A stretch of DNA of 64,000 bases from Callorhinchus milii (lineage: Eukaryota), in NCBI RefSeq assembly GCF_018977255.1, contig NW_024704742.1, positions 19,160,001 to 19,224,000 on the forward strand, written 5' to 3'. Each line of letters opens with the position of its first letter. Position 1 is the stretch's first letter. Shown piece by piece: positions 12,123 through 24,885 of this stretch. The position numbers were made by a program, and so were the translations under genes. The notes under the pieces were generated by a model. It saw only the letters and a list, made by a program, of their open reading frames with translations, did no database searches and was not told the origin of the DNA.

Positions 12123-13480
12123 AACAACCACAACAACAACTTGGATTTATATAGCGCCCTCCACGCTGGACGGCGTCTCAGAGCGCTTCACAGAAACGGA
12201 TCCTGGGGCCGAACCAGGGGGAGGGAGAGGAAGGTGACCAAAGGCACAGTCGAAAAGAAAGGTCTTCAGCAGAGACCTGAAAATAGGAAGAGAGGGGTTG
12301 AGGCGAAGGCAGTGAGAAAGGGAGTTCCAGAGCCTCAGGGCATAGTGGCTGAAGGCACGGCCGCTGAGGGTGGAGAGGAGGACTCGGGGGATGAGGAGGA
12401 GGCCAGACCCGGAGGAATGAACGCAACGGGTATTGTTTTGAGGAGAGAGGAGGTCAGAGAGGTAGGGGCTGCAGAGGAGTGCAGGGACTTGCAGATGACC
12501 GGGTGAGAGCGGGAAGAGAAGCCGTTTGTGCAGATGTACTGCTGCCGGTTTGTGAGGTAGGACTCGAACCAGGTGAGTGCGGTCCCATTGAGGTGGATGA
12601 AGGAGGAAAGGCGGTGGAGGATGATGGCGTGATCGACTGTGTAGAACATGGCAGAGAGACAAGGAGGCAGACGGAGCCCTGGTCACAGATAGAGAGGATG
12701 TCGTTTGTGACTTTCACAAGCACAGTCTCTGTACTGTGGGCAGAGCAGAAACCGGACTGGAGGGGTTTGAGGAGGGAGTGGGAGGAGAGGTGTGCGCGGA
12801 GTTGATTGGCAACAACGCGTTCTAGAACTTTTGAAAGGAAGGGCAGTTTTGAAATAGGGCGGTAGTGGCCGGGGTTTGAGGGATCCAGGAAGGGGTTTTT
12901 CAGGAGGGGGTTGATGACAGGAGTTTTGAGGGAGGCAGGGACTCATCCAGAGGAGAGGGACTGGTTGATGATGTCAGCCAGTAGTGGGCAGAGGAGAGGG
13001 AGCTGAGTTACCAGCAAGTTGATGGGGAGGGAATCGAGGCAGCAGATGGTGGGTTTCATGGAGGTGATGGTGGGTGAGAGGGAGGAGGGAGAGATGGTGA
13101 GGAAGGAATGCAGAATGGGGATGGTGGTAGGAGCAGATGATGAGGAAGGTGAAGGGGACAGAGAGGGTGTGGTGGTGGGTGACAGGTGGATGAGGCTGCA
13201 TGGTGGATGTTAAGTATTTTCGATGAAAAGAAGTCCATGACCTCCTCGCACTTGGCATTTGATGTGAAGATTGAGGAGGCCTGAGGGGGGGCACAGAGGA
13301 GGTAATGGGTGGTGGAAAAAAGGATTTTAGGGTTGTGTTTAGCCTCCAAGATGATGTTGGAGTAGAAGGCCATTTTTGCGCGTGTCAAAGAATGACGGTA
13401 GCTGTGGAGATGCTCAAGCCACAGTTGGCAGTGAACTGTCAGGCCAGTTTTCCGCCATCTGCGCTCGAGCAGACGGGTTT
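12123..13480 (-). mobile_element. L2 LINE with an internal deletion of the RT core
   Basis: RLLERRWRKTGLTVH (ORF 13056..13520), LVKVTNDIL...CLLV, TVDHAIILHRL, WFESYLTNRQQ. The sequence then jumps at ~12497 directly to the C-terminal PYLSDLL...RAFSHYALRLWNSL, so the GVPQG/YADD segment is absent. Confidence 0.92.
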
Positions 13481-13818
13481 GGGTTTTTTGGCGGTGGTAT
13501 GACCAGCCCCTCAATGACAAACTGAAGGTCCTCGTGTCATGTCCTCATGTATTCATAGTCATCCTGAATAATATCCTCAATGCAGTGCCCAATTTAGGTA
13601 ACTACTTCTTTTTGTAAAAGAAAACGTTAATATATTTTCCTTTCTCATCGTACAATCTTATTTGATGTTTTTAAAAACTTTATTGGAAAAATGTTCCAAG
13701 CTGCTTATTGTAATGTTATATTAACACTTTTCTGTTTCCTCTAACATAAAGATGTACTGTATAAAGGGAAAATGTCTTATGGCCTGGGCTATCATCTCAA
13801 TGTGGTAGAAATAAAGAA

Positions 13819-14213
13819 TTATAATCCTTGCTTTTGGTACAGTGTCTTGTTACATCAATGAAACACAGGATTTTACTGTGAAGTATGGAGACTCTATTTG
13901 TAGGTGAACACAACAGTCAATTTGCTCGCAGCAATATCCTGCAAACCGCCATGAAGCGCATGACCTGTGTTTCATCTGAGGGACTGTTGACAAGGCCATC
14001 TGGAAAAATCACCTATCTTTTCAAATAGAGCCATGGGATCTTTCATCTTAATTTAATGTCTAATCTGAAGGATGGCAAGTCCATTAATTCAGTACACCTT
14101 CATCACTAAAGTGGTGTGTCTGCCCAGACTATGAGTTGAAAGTCCTAAGATTTAGGCTAGAACCCAGAATGTTTTGAATCAGAGATGAGAATTCAACCAA
14201 CTGAGCCAGGCTA
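13819..14213 (-). mobile_element. Full-length decayed Deu-SINE
   Basis: Tail, gccatgggatcttt, ttaatgtctaatctgaaggatggc, and head ccaactgagccaggct. Confidence 0.8.
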
Positions 14214-14321
14214 ATACAGATTTCAGCTTTCTTTGATGAGAATTACTGAAGAATGGATTGTGTTCTCTGTTTGTTCCCAAACAATTACTTTACTTTAGAA
14301 TCATCCAAAGCTATAAAACAA

Positions 14322-14628
14322 GTGCTCAGTGTTTATAGCACTTGCCTTGCAAGCGAGAGCGCTGGGTTTGATTCCCAGCAGGGTGAAACCTTGGACAAGT
14401 TTCCTTACACCACAAACCTGATAATAATCCATCAAGAAAAAAAATAAAAGAATACTTTTATCACTCAATCCCTGACTGTTTGTGGGACACTGCTGTGTGC
14501 AATTGGCTGCCACATTTCGCCCACAGTATAAAGTCAATTCACTTTACAGTATATTCTGTGAAGCACTTTGAGACGTCTAGAAGACGTGAAAAGCACTATA
14601 TCAAATGGAAGGATTATTATTGTTATTA
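14322..14628 (+). mobile_element. CORE-like SINE, short variant
   Basis: gctcagtg...gggtttgattccc...accttggacaagtttccttacaccac, followed by the shared tail. Confidence 0.9.
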
Positions 14629-15039
14629 CGTATAATAAGCTCATACCACCAAAGTGAGGAAATGTACTGATGACATATTGGCGTTCAGCTCACTAGAATT
14701 ACTGACAACGGGAGAATTGGTAATTGGTCTACCAGGGGTGAGCCAATAAGTTTGTCTATTTTTTATGTGAATATATAAATCCCTGAAATGTAAATCTCTC
14801 ATTGAAGCAGAATCCAAACAAGCCCTGATACACAGCCCCAGTTCTGCCTGTGTTCTCAGGTTAATTAGTGAGATAATTGAAATCATAATCGAATGACATA
14901 CCATCATCCTGACCAGGGACTTGCACTGTTCTCTATTATTAGCCTGTAGATAGACTAGTTGATGTTGCAATTAAGACTTCCATTAAATGGGATTTCAGCA
15001 ATAACAAGTGACAAAGAGATGCCAATCTACGTTCCCCAA

Positions 15040-15260
15040 GAAGATGATAACTGATTGCTTTATATATCCCCTCTTGGCTTACAGAGATAAGTACATAAGA
15101 AAGCATGAAATTAGAAAGGTCTGTTTGACCCATCAAATGCACTCCTTCAATTTACCACACAGAAGCTACTCTGGCATAGACCCACTCTACCGCCTAGTGG
15201 AAAGATACAGGTGAAATCTTTTTAAATCCCCAAGCCAATTGAACAAAAACTGTGCAATAT
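15040..15260 (-). mobile_element. Old CR1 3' fragment
   Basis: acataagaaagcatgaaattag...ggtctgtttgacccatc, an antisense CR1 terminus. Confidence 0.5.
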
Positions 15261-15269
15261 TCTACATTG

Positions 15270-15510
15270 TCAGAGGCTCCATCTTTGGATAAGGCATTAA
15301 ACTGAGGTCTGTTCTGCCTGCTCCAGTGAGTGTTAATATTCCCATGACACTATTTGAAAGGAAAAGGAAATGTCTCCTTCCTAGCAAACAACTCCAAAAT
15401 GGATTGGTCATTTACCTTCAAGCTTGTGAGTCCTTGCTATGTGCAAATAACTGCTGCCGCATTGCCTACACTACACTTGTCAATTATTACTATAAAGCTC
15501 ATTGAGATGA
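15270..15510 (+). mobile_element. Deu-SINE fragment
   Basis: ccatctttggataaggcattaaactgaggtc...cccatgacactatttgaa. Confidence 0.75.
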
Positions 15511-16057
15511 TTCAAGTGTTAAGATGTTTGCCTCCCTAAAAAAGTACATGGCACTTCCTGTATTAAATACAACAATTATTGTTATCATACTTAAAATTGA
15601 AGAACAGTAGATCTGTTACTTATATTCATCGACTCAAAACTGAATCCTGGGCTCTTCTCTCTCTCTCTCTGCTAAGTTAGGCTGTCTTGAGCTGTGTTAC
15701 ATGGAAAGGATATTAGCATTGAATGGATGGAAAGAATGCATGGAAGGCACTGGTTGCTTTTAATGAGCACACATGGTGCCCTGTCATAACAAATCGACCG
15801 TCAATGATGGTGATTAACGTTACTGCCACTTTTCTCAGCAGAATACATGGGCATGAGCCAGGTAGCCTCAGTGAAGACTGTCAGGAAAATTAATAAGGTA
15901 CCTCCATTTGAAATGCATCAGGGCAGGCTATGACAGGACTTCATCACATGTGTGCACTGGCCTGTTGTGCTTTGAATTGAGCTGGTCCACAGAGAGGCTC
16001 AGTTCAGCGATGCGATGAGAATGCCTGGCTGGAAATTGACATCTTGAAAGAAAGAAA

Positions 16058-16211
16058 TTCCTTGCATTTCATATAGAACCTTTCATATCAGGAGGACATC
16101 TCAAAGCACTTCACGGGATTTACTGTACTGTGTTGTGGCTGTGTATTTTGTAAAAGAATGTGACAGCCAATTTGTGCACAGCAATGTCCCCCAAACAGGC
16201 ATGAAGTGAAC
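16058..16211 (-). mobile_element. SINE tail fragment
   Basis: ccttgcatttcatatag...cagccaatttgtgcacagcaatgtccc; truncated where the hairpin begins. Confidence 0.8.
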
Positions 16212-16291
16212 GAGGATAGTCTCAAGTTGGTCAGTGACAAGCTGACAAGTGCCCGTGTCAGCTGGTCACTGACCAACTTGAGACAATCCTC
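16212..16291. repeat. Near-perfect inverted repeat (36-bp arms, 8-nt loop)
   Basis: Arm 16212-16247 versus the reverse complement of 16256-16291: 34/36 identical. Confidence 0.97.
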
Positions 16292-16929
16292 TTGTGTTCT
16301 CATTTGATAGATTGCTGATACCTAGGTCCTCAAATATACTGATTTATGTATACATTGCTTGTACAGTGCTGTATATTTGAAATGACTACTTTCCAGTGTA
16401 AAGCTCAGTGATGGAGTCAATAAATTGTATTCATTAGTTTTTTTTAAATCTAAAATATGTTTTCTTCGTGACTACTAAGATAGTTTTCCTTTTTATTTGT
16501 CAACTTTTGACAATAGCCAACTTGTTGGACTTGTTAAAACTTCACCCGTTCTCTCTTCTATTCCATTCTCTCAGGCAGTTTTCCATTTATAATTTGTTAA
16601 AATCTTTAAATAAGTGTTAACACAGTAGCTTGATATGAGAAATAGTGAAAATGTATCATAGCAGAGCATTTACTGCTTCAAGGGACAACTGCAACACAGT
16701 GAAGTACTGTCTCTCTCTCCAATAACAAAATCTACTTCTACTCTGTCCTTTTTTTGACACACACATCACCTTGATCCCTTTCCCAAGCCTCTTCAATTGT
16801 CACCTCTGTCTGATGCGAAATCTGAGAAAGTCATGGACTTTTTCAGCGTTCCAAGACACTAACCTGTATGAATGGCATTACTGTTTATAAATGCAGTTCT
16901 TGTTAAACTGAATAGAAAAGAAAGATCTG

Positions 16930-17185
16930 CAAATCATGCAGAGTCTCTGTTCTCAATCACTGTTACTTGGAAAGGCAAACGTTAGTTTACCTAGAGCAAT
17001 CTCCCACAAAAATCTAAGAAACAAATGACCAATTTTATCTGGGGGATCGTTGGCTAGGACAACAAGAGAAACTCCCTTCTCTTTTCAAATAGTGCCATGC
17101 AATCTTTAGACATCTTCCTGCACCTGCAACGTTTCTGATTCAGAGGGAGCCAAGAGTGTTATCAACGTAGCCCAGATGATACCTA
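16930..17185 (-). mobile_element. Deu-SINE, decayed
   Basis: gttggctaggacaacaagagaaactcccttctcttttcaaatagtgccatg. Confidence 0.7.
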
Positions 17186-17686
17186 TTATGTTCTTATAGC
17201 AGTTTCACATTGACTGAAAAGCTTCAGTAAATAGTCAAGAATCACACTGAAATTCTTTTCCATCTTGCTTATAAACTCCCTTTGTTATCTATGTTTTCAT
17301 CGTATTTGTTGCAACATACAAACACTTGTACTTATTTCTATTAAAATCCATCTGTCATGTCTTATTCAATCTCTTTAATTAATCTAGATCTTAATTAATA
17401 CTTCTTATCATCCTATATTCATCATCTGACTACTTAACTTGGTATCAGCAAACCAAGTATATAATATTACACAATGTTTTCTCCTCCAAGGCAGTCGTGA
17501 ATGGTTTGAACATCAGTGAAACAGATGTTCAAAAGCTTTCATCTCTATTATTTCGACTTGTAGTGCTTATGAGTTAAAATATTCCCCACCAGAAGTTATA
17601 ATATTATGTCCAAGTTTTGTCTTGCTGTTTTTGTGTATATTTGAAAGTAAATAACGGCAGAGGTATCGGGGGAATGTTAACTTACG

Positions 17687-17700
17687 GTTACCATAGCAAC
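17687..17700. promoter_or_regulatory. RFX X-box motif in a candidate enhancer
   Basis: GTTACCATAGCAAC matches the X-box consensus GTNRCCATRGYAAC and lies in repeat-free DNA. Function is inferred only. Confidence 0.5.
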
Positions 17701-18289
17701 AGAATAACAGAATGCTTGACTCCTAAATAAGGAATCTAGTATCATTAATATCTGTTATAAACATACTTTTGTCTTTCGCCTTTATAAACCAGCATGATGT
17801 AACTAGCACATAATTAGGTGGACAAAATGGCAGATACAAATTTGACAGCTCCCCAGTGTCCGAAAAGGATTATCTGAGCTTGTCAATTTCACAATTACTG
17901 CTTTTGTCTTGCAAATGGGAAAACTGTCTGGCGTGATTTGCATATGCAATTCCTGTGAAATAAACAAAAACAAACTGTGCATTAAGCATTATTAGTGTGA
18001 AATGCAGAGAAATGGATTCCTCCTCGGCTCAGAAAAACATGTCTGTTGAAAAAATGTATGCTTTTTGGGGGGGAGCAACACACCCATGGCTTGTTCCATC
18101 CAATTTATTCTGTCAAATTGAGTTCTATGAAGAAATTAAATTTACCAAAATTAATTTCACGTTATTACGTTTGGTTCCCTCCTCTTGTCATCCCTCTCTT
18201 GTCGGTGGTGACTCATTCAGTTTGGGATGAGGTCAGAGATCTGATAGTCCACAATATTATCTGACATGATCACTCTTCATCTGTGTGCA

Positions 18290-18612
18290 ACATACTGAGA
18301 ATCAACTGATTTTTCAGCCATGGTGGCCATCATGATCCTGTCCTCTCCTGAGGTTGCTGTGCACTCCCCAGTAAATGCCACTGAAAGGAGACCAAGAGCA
18401 ATGATGCTAGCTGATTTTACCCCTTCCTTATCTCAGGAGCACTGAGGCCCACTTTAGTGGAAGGTCTTCATAGACCAGCTATCAAATTGAGACCCTTCCT
18501 GGCTCAGTCAACAACAACAACAATAAAATGTATTTATATAGTGCTTTTCACCTAGGGAGCATATCCCATTGCGAGGTTCCACACTATATGATGTACTTAC
18601 CCACTGAACCAG
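18290..18612 (-). mobile_element. Ancient tRNA-headed SINE relic (family uncertain), interrupted by a short L2 tail at ~18510-18570
   Basis: gagacccttcctggctcag ... tacttacccactgaacca reads as an antisense A/B-box head; gctgattttacccc...cactgaggcc body. Confidence 0.4.
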
Positions 18613-18764
18613 AATAAAAATCCCTGATTCTGCGTAACAACTGAAGCCTGCCAGCTTGTCCTCGGTTCAACCTAGCTTTTGAGCAATTCTGGGGATCTCA
18701 CTTTTAAAAGAAGGACAAGGACATAGGAAGGATACAAAGGAAGTTCACTGAGTTGACACCAGGG

Positions 18765-19090
18765 ATTAGAGATTTTACTATGAAGTGTAGTGACTGTATA
18801 TTTGTACGTGAATGCAATGTCCCACAAACAGCCATGAAGTGAGTGAACATTTTTATTTGAGGGATTGTTGGCAAGGACACCAGGAGAAAATCCCTTCCCA
18901 TTTCAAATAGTGCCATAAGATTTTTCACCTCAGCCAGAATAGGCAGACAGTCTTCAGACTATGCTGAATACCTTGAGCACTGCATTGGAGTACCAGACTA
19001 GACCGGGTGTTCAAATTCCAAATGTGTGGCTTGAACCTGCAACCTTCTAACTCAAAGGCAAGACTGCTACTAAATGAGCCAAGCTGACAC
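18765..19090 (-). mobile_element. Deu-SINE
   Basis: ttggcaaggacaccaggagaaaatccc...tagtgccat; head aaccttctaactcaaaggc...tgagccaagctgacac. Confidence 0.82.
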
Positions 19091-20416
19091 CTGACTTTAA
19101 CCCAATAAAGGGTATATACTTGGGATATAGATGGAATGTTTTCAGTTCTCTGTAATTCTTCATCAATTCTCAAGCTAATCTGAAATTGGGCGCTACCAGA
19201 ATTCCCTGTATGGGGTTCTCATTGCAACGGCTTGACAGGGAGGGAGACCTGACATGAGGGTCTCCATTGCTCTCTCTTAAAGGTGTTGACTCAGGCTGTG
19301 ATATAGTCAGATGAGTCTTGACAGTCCGCAATATTATCTGGTGATCAGGAAGAAACAAATTGCTTATTTAAAGAAAATGTCCTGTGCCATAATTTCCTTC
19401 TGTAGAATGAGGTATTATGTTGAAAAATAATATATTGCCTTTGGACTTCCATTCCCTTTCAAAGGAATTTATATTTTCCTACTCGAGTCATGCTTTCTAA
19501 AATCCTATACCTTGTCAAGCAGATCTGCATGGCTGCCTCACAGTATCCCACATTTGTCTTGTCGTGTAATATTTGTCTGAAGTAAGGACACATTGCAGAA
19601 GAATCTGAAAACTGCTAAAAAAAAATGTAGCAAGGCATTTTTAGAATTGCAGCACAGCAGTAAACAACAAAATGAACATTTTAACAGAGTAAATGCTAAT
19701 AAATACAAAACACCTCTTAAATCTGCAGAAACAAGTGTTTTTAATCTGTGTGTTTAATCTGCCTTGAACTGTTTCAAAGGCAGCATTTTAAGTTTATGTT
19801 CTCATTTAACCGGTCTCGTTGTTCATCTCTTCACTAAAGAGATCTTAGATAATAAGATCCAGCACTCAGGAAATGTGTACAGTTTCAGGACAACCTTAAG
19901 GATGCTTCCAACAATTTCCTAATTGGTTTTATTGCTAACTAGGTCTCTATAGGTTTCTCCTAAATCGGTGATGCATTCATCATTTCTTATAAGCTCGATC
20001 AGTGAGCCTATTCTTTTCTACCGCATATACCAAATGTACCTTTTGTCTTTCTTTGTTCCACTGTCATCTATGTGCAATATTCTTTCAGGTAATGGATTCC
20101 TTATTTATTTCAGAGTGACATAATTGCCTCTTTGCTTTCTTAAAGCAAAATGTATTCATATGTTTACAAAAATAGTTCTCATATTAGATCTAATATACAA
20201 TACTCATAACACAGCTGCAAACAGAGACTCCTGCCAGTAACTAGAAGTCACTCCTGTGATGAGTATTATTTTTGACCCAATTAACATAAATATTTATTTT
20301 CACATTGCAACTTTTACCTTTATAAAATGTAATAATTTGTTATTATTAGAGTGTTTCACAATTCTATTAAAGTGACTTCATCTTTATGTATTGGTCCAGA
20401 TTTTTTTTACATTAAG

Positions 20417-20800
20417 AACAACAACAACTTGCATTTATTTACCAACTTCACAAGTAAGGGGTCAGATGCCGGGCGAGGAGGAAGGGGGAGGATACCATAA
20501 CTGGTGTTGAAGAAAGTTTTTAGGCAAGATTAATTAGTGAAAAAGAGAGGATGAGGCAAATTGGTAGATGGAGAGAGTTCTAGATATTTAGGAGTGTCAT
20601 GGCTGAAGGCTTTACAACTGATGGTGGTGCAGAGGGGTCAGATGTGCAGCAGATCCAGGGTAGTAAAGCAGAAGATTGGGGTAGGAGAAGGCCACAGATA
20701 TAGGACATACTAGGGCATGAAAGAATTTATAGGTAAGGGTGAGGACCTTACAGGTAAGGGTGAAGTCCATCGTAGAGAGACAGAGAAGCGTGGCAAGGAC
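20417..20800 (-). mobile_element. Old L2 3' fragment
   Basis: aacaacaacaacttgcattt tail and a purine-rich antisense L2 body (ggctgaaggct...gatggtgg). Confidence 0.7.
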
Positions 20801-22782
20801 TGAGAGTAAAGTTTGTATGATTTCAGGTGTCCTTCACTCTGTCAAAATTGATTACCAGAAGGTTGCTTTGGTGTTGAAATTGTAAGATTTCAATTGAAAT
20901 TATTATTGCTGTTTTACTTGAAATTATTCTTAGATAAACAGACCTACTCAAGAGGCGATCTCTGAGTTACTTGAGATTTTGAAACGAGTAACGCTGTGGA
21001 GAGCTCTTGTGTGATAGTGACCATCTGCATGATTGTCATTGTTTTTGTCTACTCTGCTTTTTAAAAGATTTGTGTCCCAAATATCTCCTGAATAAAATTC
21101 AAGGATACACTGCTTTCATTCTGTTTGTGAACTGATATGCTATTGTGACTTGTAACTTGCTGGTTTTCTTTTCCCCAGTTATGACGTGGGTTGTTGTTCT
21201 GGTATTGGTATTATCGGTGTTTAGGTCAAGAAGTATGAATGATCTTAGTCTGGCTATTATTGTAAAGTGATTTGCTTCTCCCAATGTGCACTGAATGTCT
21301 AGATTTGTATGCAGATGTGAGTGGGGTCTTTGTTCAGTTTGTCAGCTGTGCATGTCTGCCGCTTGATTGATCTTGTACTTTTGTTTGTCTTTCTGTTAAA
21401 ACATTTTAAACCTTAACACTTCTCATTCTAAGTAAGTCTACCATTTTGAGCAGTCCAGCTTTATAGCTTTCTTCAGTCCATTACAGACTAACGTAAGTGT
21501 ATCCAATTGGTCTTGTTGATTATATGTCTCTCAGCGAAGTTCCCTCAAAACTTCATTCACTGTGTTTTTCCTTTCTCTATTCATTAAATTCCATTTACAT
21601 TTTTCTCTCTGTGATAATACCAACATTAAAACAACAACACTTGTACAGTGGCTTTCATGTTGAGAGAACATCTCAAAGCACTTTACTGAGACTGAGAGGG
21701 AGCCCAAGCTTGGATGGAGCAGGGACAGTGGAGGGAAGTGACCAAAAGCACTAATTCTCAGTTCTCCCGAAGTAATATTGGGATGACTCCTCTGAACGCT
21801 ATTGTTTCCTGCAATTTGTGGAAATTGTTGAGGAGCAGGCAAGGTGTAAATGGATTTACCTTTATGGCCTATTCTCCCATGTTTTCCTATAGTGATGCCT
21901 GTTTATTTGGTTTTCCCCAACATAGAATGTCCCCTTTCATCTGTTAACAAGCTGTTGTCTATTGCTGAGATGGATCTGTTCCATGTTAAAGACAAATGTT
22001 CCTTTTTGTTAGTGGATGTCTGAGTTTTAATTAAACTCCAAGCTTATATAATGCAGTACTGTCTCCTCATTGGGTTTCCGCAGTCTGTGCCAGTTCCATT
22101 GGTTCCACAGTTGTTGTCAAGACTCCGGCCGCAGGCGTTACTTCGATTGGTTGGTTCTGCTCTCCAGTTTGCTGTTAACAGTCCAGTTGCTAAGGGAACA
22201 CGAGTTTTCTATCGCACAATTTTCTATAACGTGTGGGGGAAAGGAAGACAGCCATCGTCAATTCAATAGTCAGCCCATTCTATTACACCCATATAAGGAA
22301 TAAACATGATTGAGTGAAAATCCTTCGTGATGGATTTTATCTCATGGGCTAAAGCCATACAGCATCAGGTATAATAGAAAATACTGAAACATTAATGGAG
22401 AACTGCGAAGTGCAGAACATCTAATGTGCTGGAGAATGTATTTTTCAGCATGTTCATTGTTTAGAAATTTGACGATAACAAATTAATTATTAAAAAAACT
22501 ATAAGGAATAAATTAGTCTCCAATATGTTTCATTCGTTGTGGTTTACATTGATTGTCCCATGAGCATTTTGTTTTCATATTTGTTAACTCATTTGGGGAT
22601 ATGGTCAATGAGTGTGACCCATATCATGAGATTAGTAAAAAAAAAGTGAGCATTTATCACTCATTCCTGTCTGCCCTGAGAAGGCGGCATTTTCGTGAAA
22701 CCACCCAGTGTTTTACAGGATCACAAGATTTGGTTTGGATTGGATTGGTTTAAAGAAGATCCTTCAGCTCATTTAAACTGAT

Positions 22783-23125
22783 AACAACAACAACAACAAA
22801 ATTACATTTATGAAGCGTCTTTCACATCGGGAGGCCATCCCAAGGCACTGGACAGACAGAGTTTTGGACCCAACCTGGGGGTTGGGATCGGGGAGGGTGG
22901 AGGGCAGGGGGGGAAGCAGGGTGATCGAAGGCACGTTCAAAGAGGACCTTGAAGGAGGCAAGGGAGGAAGGCGAGGCATAGGTACTGTGGGATGGAGATC
23001 CAGAGTGTGTGGGCAGAGTGGCAGACGGCCCACCCGTCAATAGTGGGGCGAGGTGGGGGACGTGAAGCAGATCGGAGCCTGCTGAGCGGAGGGAGTGAGC
23101 AGGGTGGTAGGGGATCAGGAGGTCG
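22783..23125 (-). mobile_element. L2 3' fragment
   Basis: Reverse complement of the 5636-5940 and 53880-54230 type; (AAC)n tail. Confidence 0.9.
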
Positions 23126-24297
23126 CAGAGGTGATCCCTCCAGAATACCCTCTGTAACGTCTTCCCATCACAGCATAAAGATTTTATTTTTTAAATGAGT
23201 TCAATGTCACCCTTTCTAGTGACGTGTCCAGTCATTACCCTCTGGTAATAAAATAAATTCTGGTCACTCTCCTGAATATGCCCTTTACAACCAGCAAAAA
23301 AATATAGCTTGCCATTGAGAGTACTGTCTGGCAATTCTCCTGCTGCTTGTCGAATTGGAACCTTCCTCCCTTTTAGGGCTTTAGGTTGCAAGATCTCTTC
23401 AATATAATGAAGGCAGATGCCCCTCAAGAAGTGGGGGTGAGGGTCTACTTCAACCCATTGGTGAAGATCAGGACCCAGCAGTGACGTGGGTTTGTAGTAA
23501 ATAAGCTTCAGTGAGGAATCTGGAATTAGGTAAGCAGGGTGCATCCCTTCATGGAGACACTGCATTCTTTTCCAGACACTGAGACATTTTCCCGGGCAGT
23601 TCACATACATATGAGAACTCTCAGTCTGGTTTGCATAGTCTTTGGTATGGTGATAAGTTTCTATATGTGTCAGACACCCAGCTGACTGAATAAAACCTGC
23701 CGCACACGGAGATGATGGTTTCAATAAGTCATCCAGCCTTCCCATGTTTCTCATGGGTTGTATCCTGTATCCACCTAACCTTCAATCTATATTTACCTAC
23801 CAGCGCAGAACCAGATTCACTCTCACACCAAAGTCAGTAGATTTACCTAGATCAGAGAATCACCCACCTGATGCTACACATCTTTCAATAAAATTATGTG
23901 AAGAAGAAGAACTTGCATTTATATAGCACCTTTCACACGGGGTAGCTTCCCAGAGCGTGAATGACATGATGCTAGAGCTGTGCAGTGTTTGGGATGTCCT
24001 TGTTGCTGTGTACTAAACATTTGCTTCCAGTAGAATGCTCCAGCGGCCTTGATTACACTTCATTTCAAACCTTTTCCAGCTTCTGTTTCTCCCTCGTGAC
24101 AAATAAATTCTGCTTCCTGTGCACTGAGTATATCACAGTCTTTTTATGAAAAATCAGTTAACTTACACAGTAAATCAAACGTTTTTATCAGCAGCAATCA
24201 TTAAAGTTTGCAAAGTGCATCGAGCATCTGGCATATTTAACAAGGTGATACACTGAATTAAATGACATTTTCCAATAGCAGCAAAGAACTTTCAAAA

Positions 24298-24307
24298 TGA
24301 TTGACAG
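24298..24307 (+). promoter_or_regulatory. Pbx-Meis/Prep decamer TGATTGACAG
   Basis: Exact match to the known TALE heterodimer motif, within a repeat-free block. Function is unproven. Confidence 0.35.
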
Positions 24308-24699
24308 CTGTTAAGTAGTTTTTTTGTAATTCACCCTACCTTTCATTTTATATGCTTATTTTCTACATTCATCAATTTATTTAACACCCTGAATACAGGA
24401 ACGTTTTGGGAATACCAGCACTTATTGCAATATTCAACTGTTCGAAAGCTCTATTGTGGTGCACATTTAGTTTGTTCCAAATGTTAAATCACTACAGTTC
24501 TCGGTGTTACTGCACCAGATCCCAGATTCACAAATGTCACAGTCCAGAACAAATTCAAATTCAAATTTGAATCATCACAGTAAAATCCTGTGAAGCAATT
24601 TGAGACATTTTGCTGAAATATATCAAATTCAAAGATTATTAATTAATAACAAGTCTTCAATTGTGCCCACGCTAAAGGTGGCAGTTTGCTGTGGAATTG

Positions 24700-24885
24700 A
24701 TGCTTAAATTGATCACTCACTCTATGATAGTTTGTGGAATATTGCTGTGTGCAATTGTCTGCCATGTTTTACCGACAAGATACACAGTCAATCCACTTTA
24801 CAGTACATCCTGTGAAACACTTTGGGAAGTCTCAATGACATGATAAGGTGCTATATCAAATACACAGATTATTATGATGTTATTA
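24700..24885 (+). mobile_element. SINE tail fragment
   Basis: cagtcaatccactttacagtacatcctgtgaaacac...ggtgctatatcaaat. Confidence 0.8.

Noticed and set aside
23191..23754. 187-aa ORF as a host gene
   Set aside because: No recognisable host domain or convincing splice context; kept only as a possible retroelement relic.
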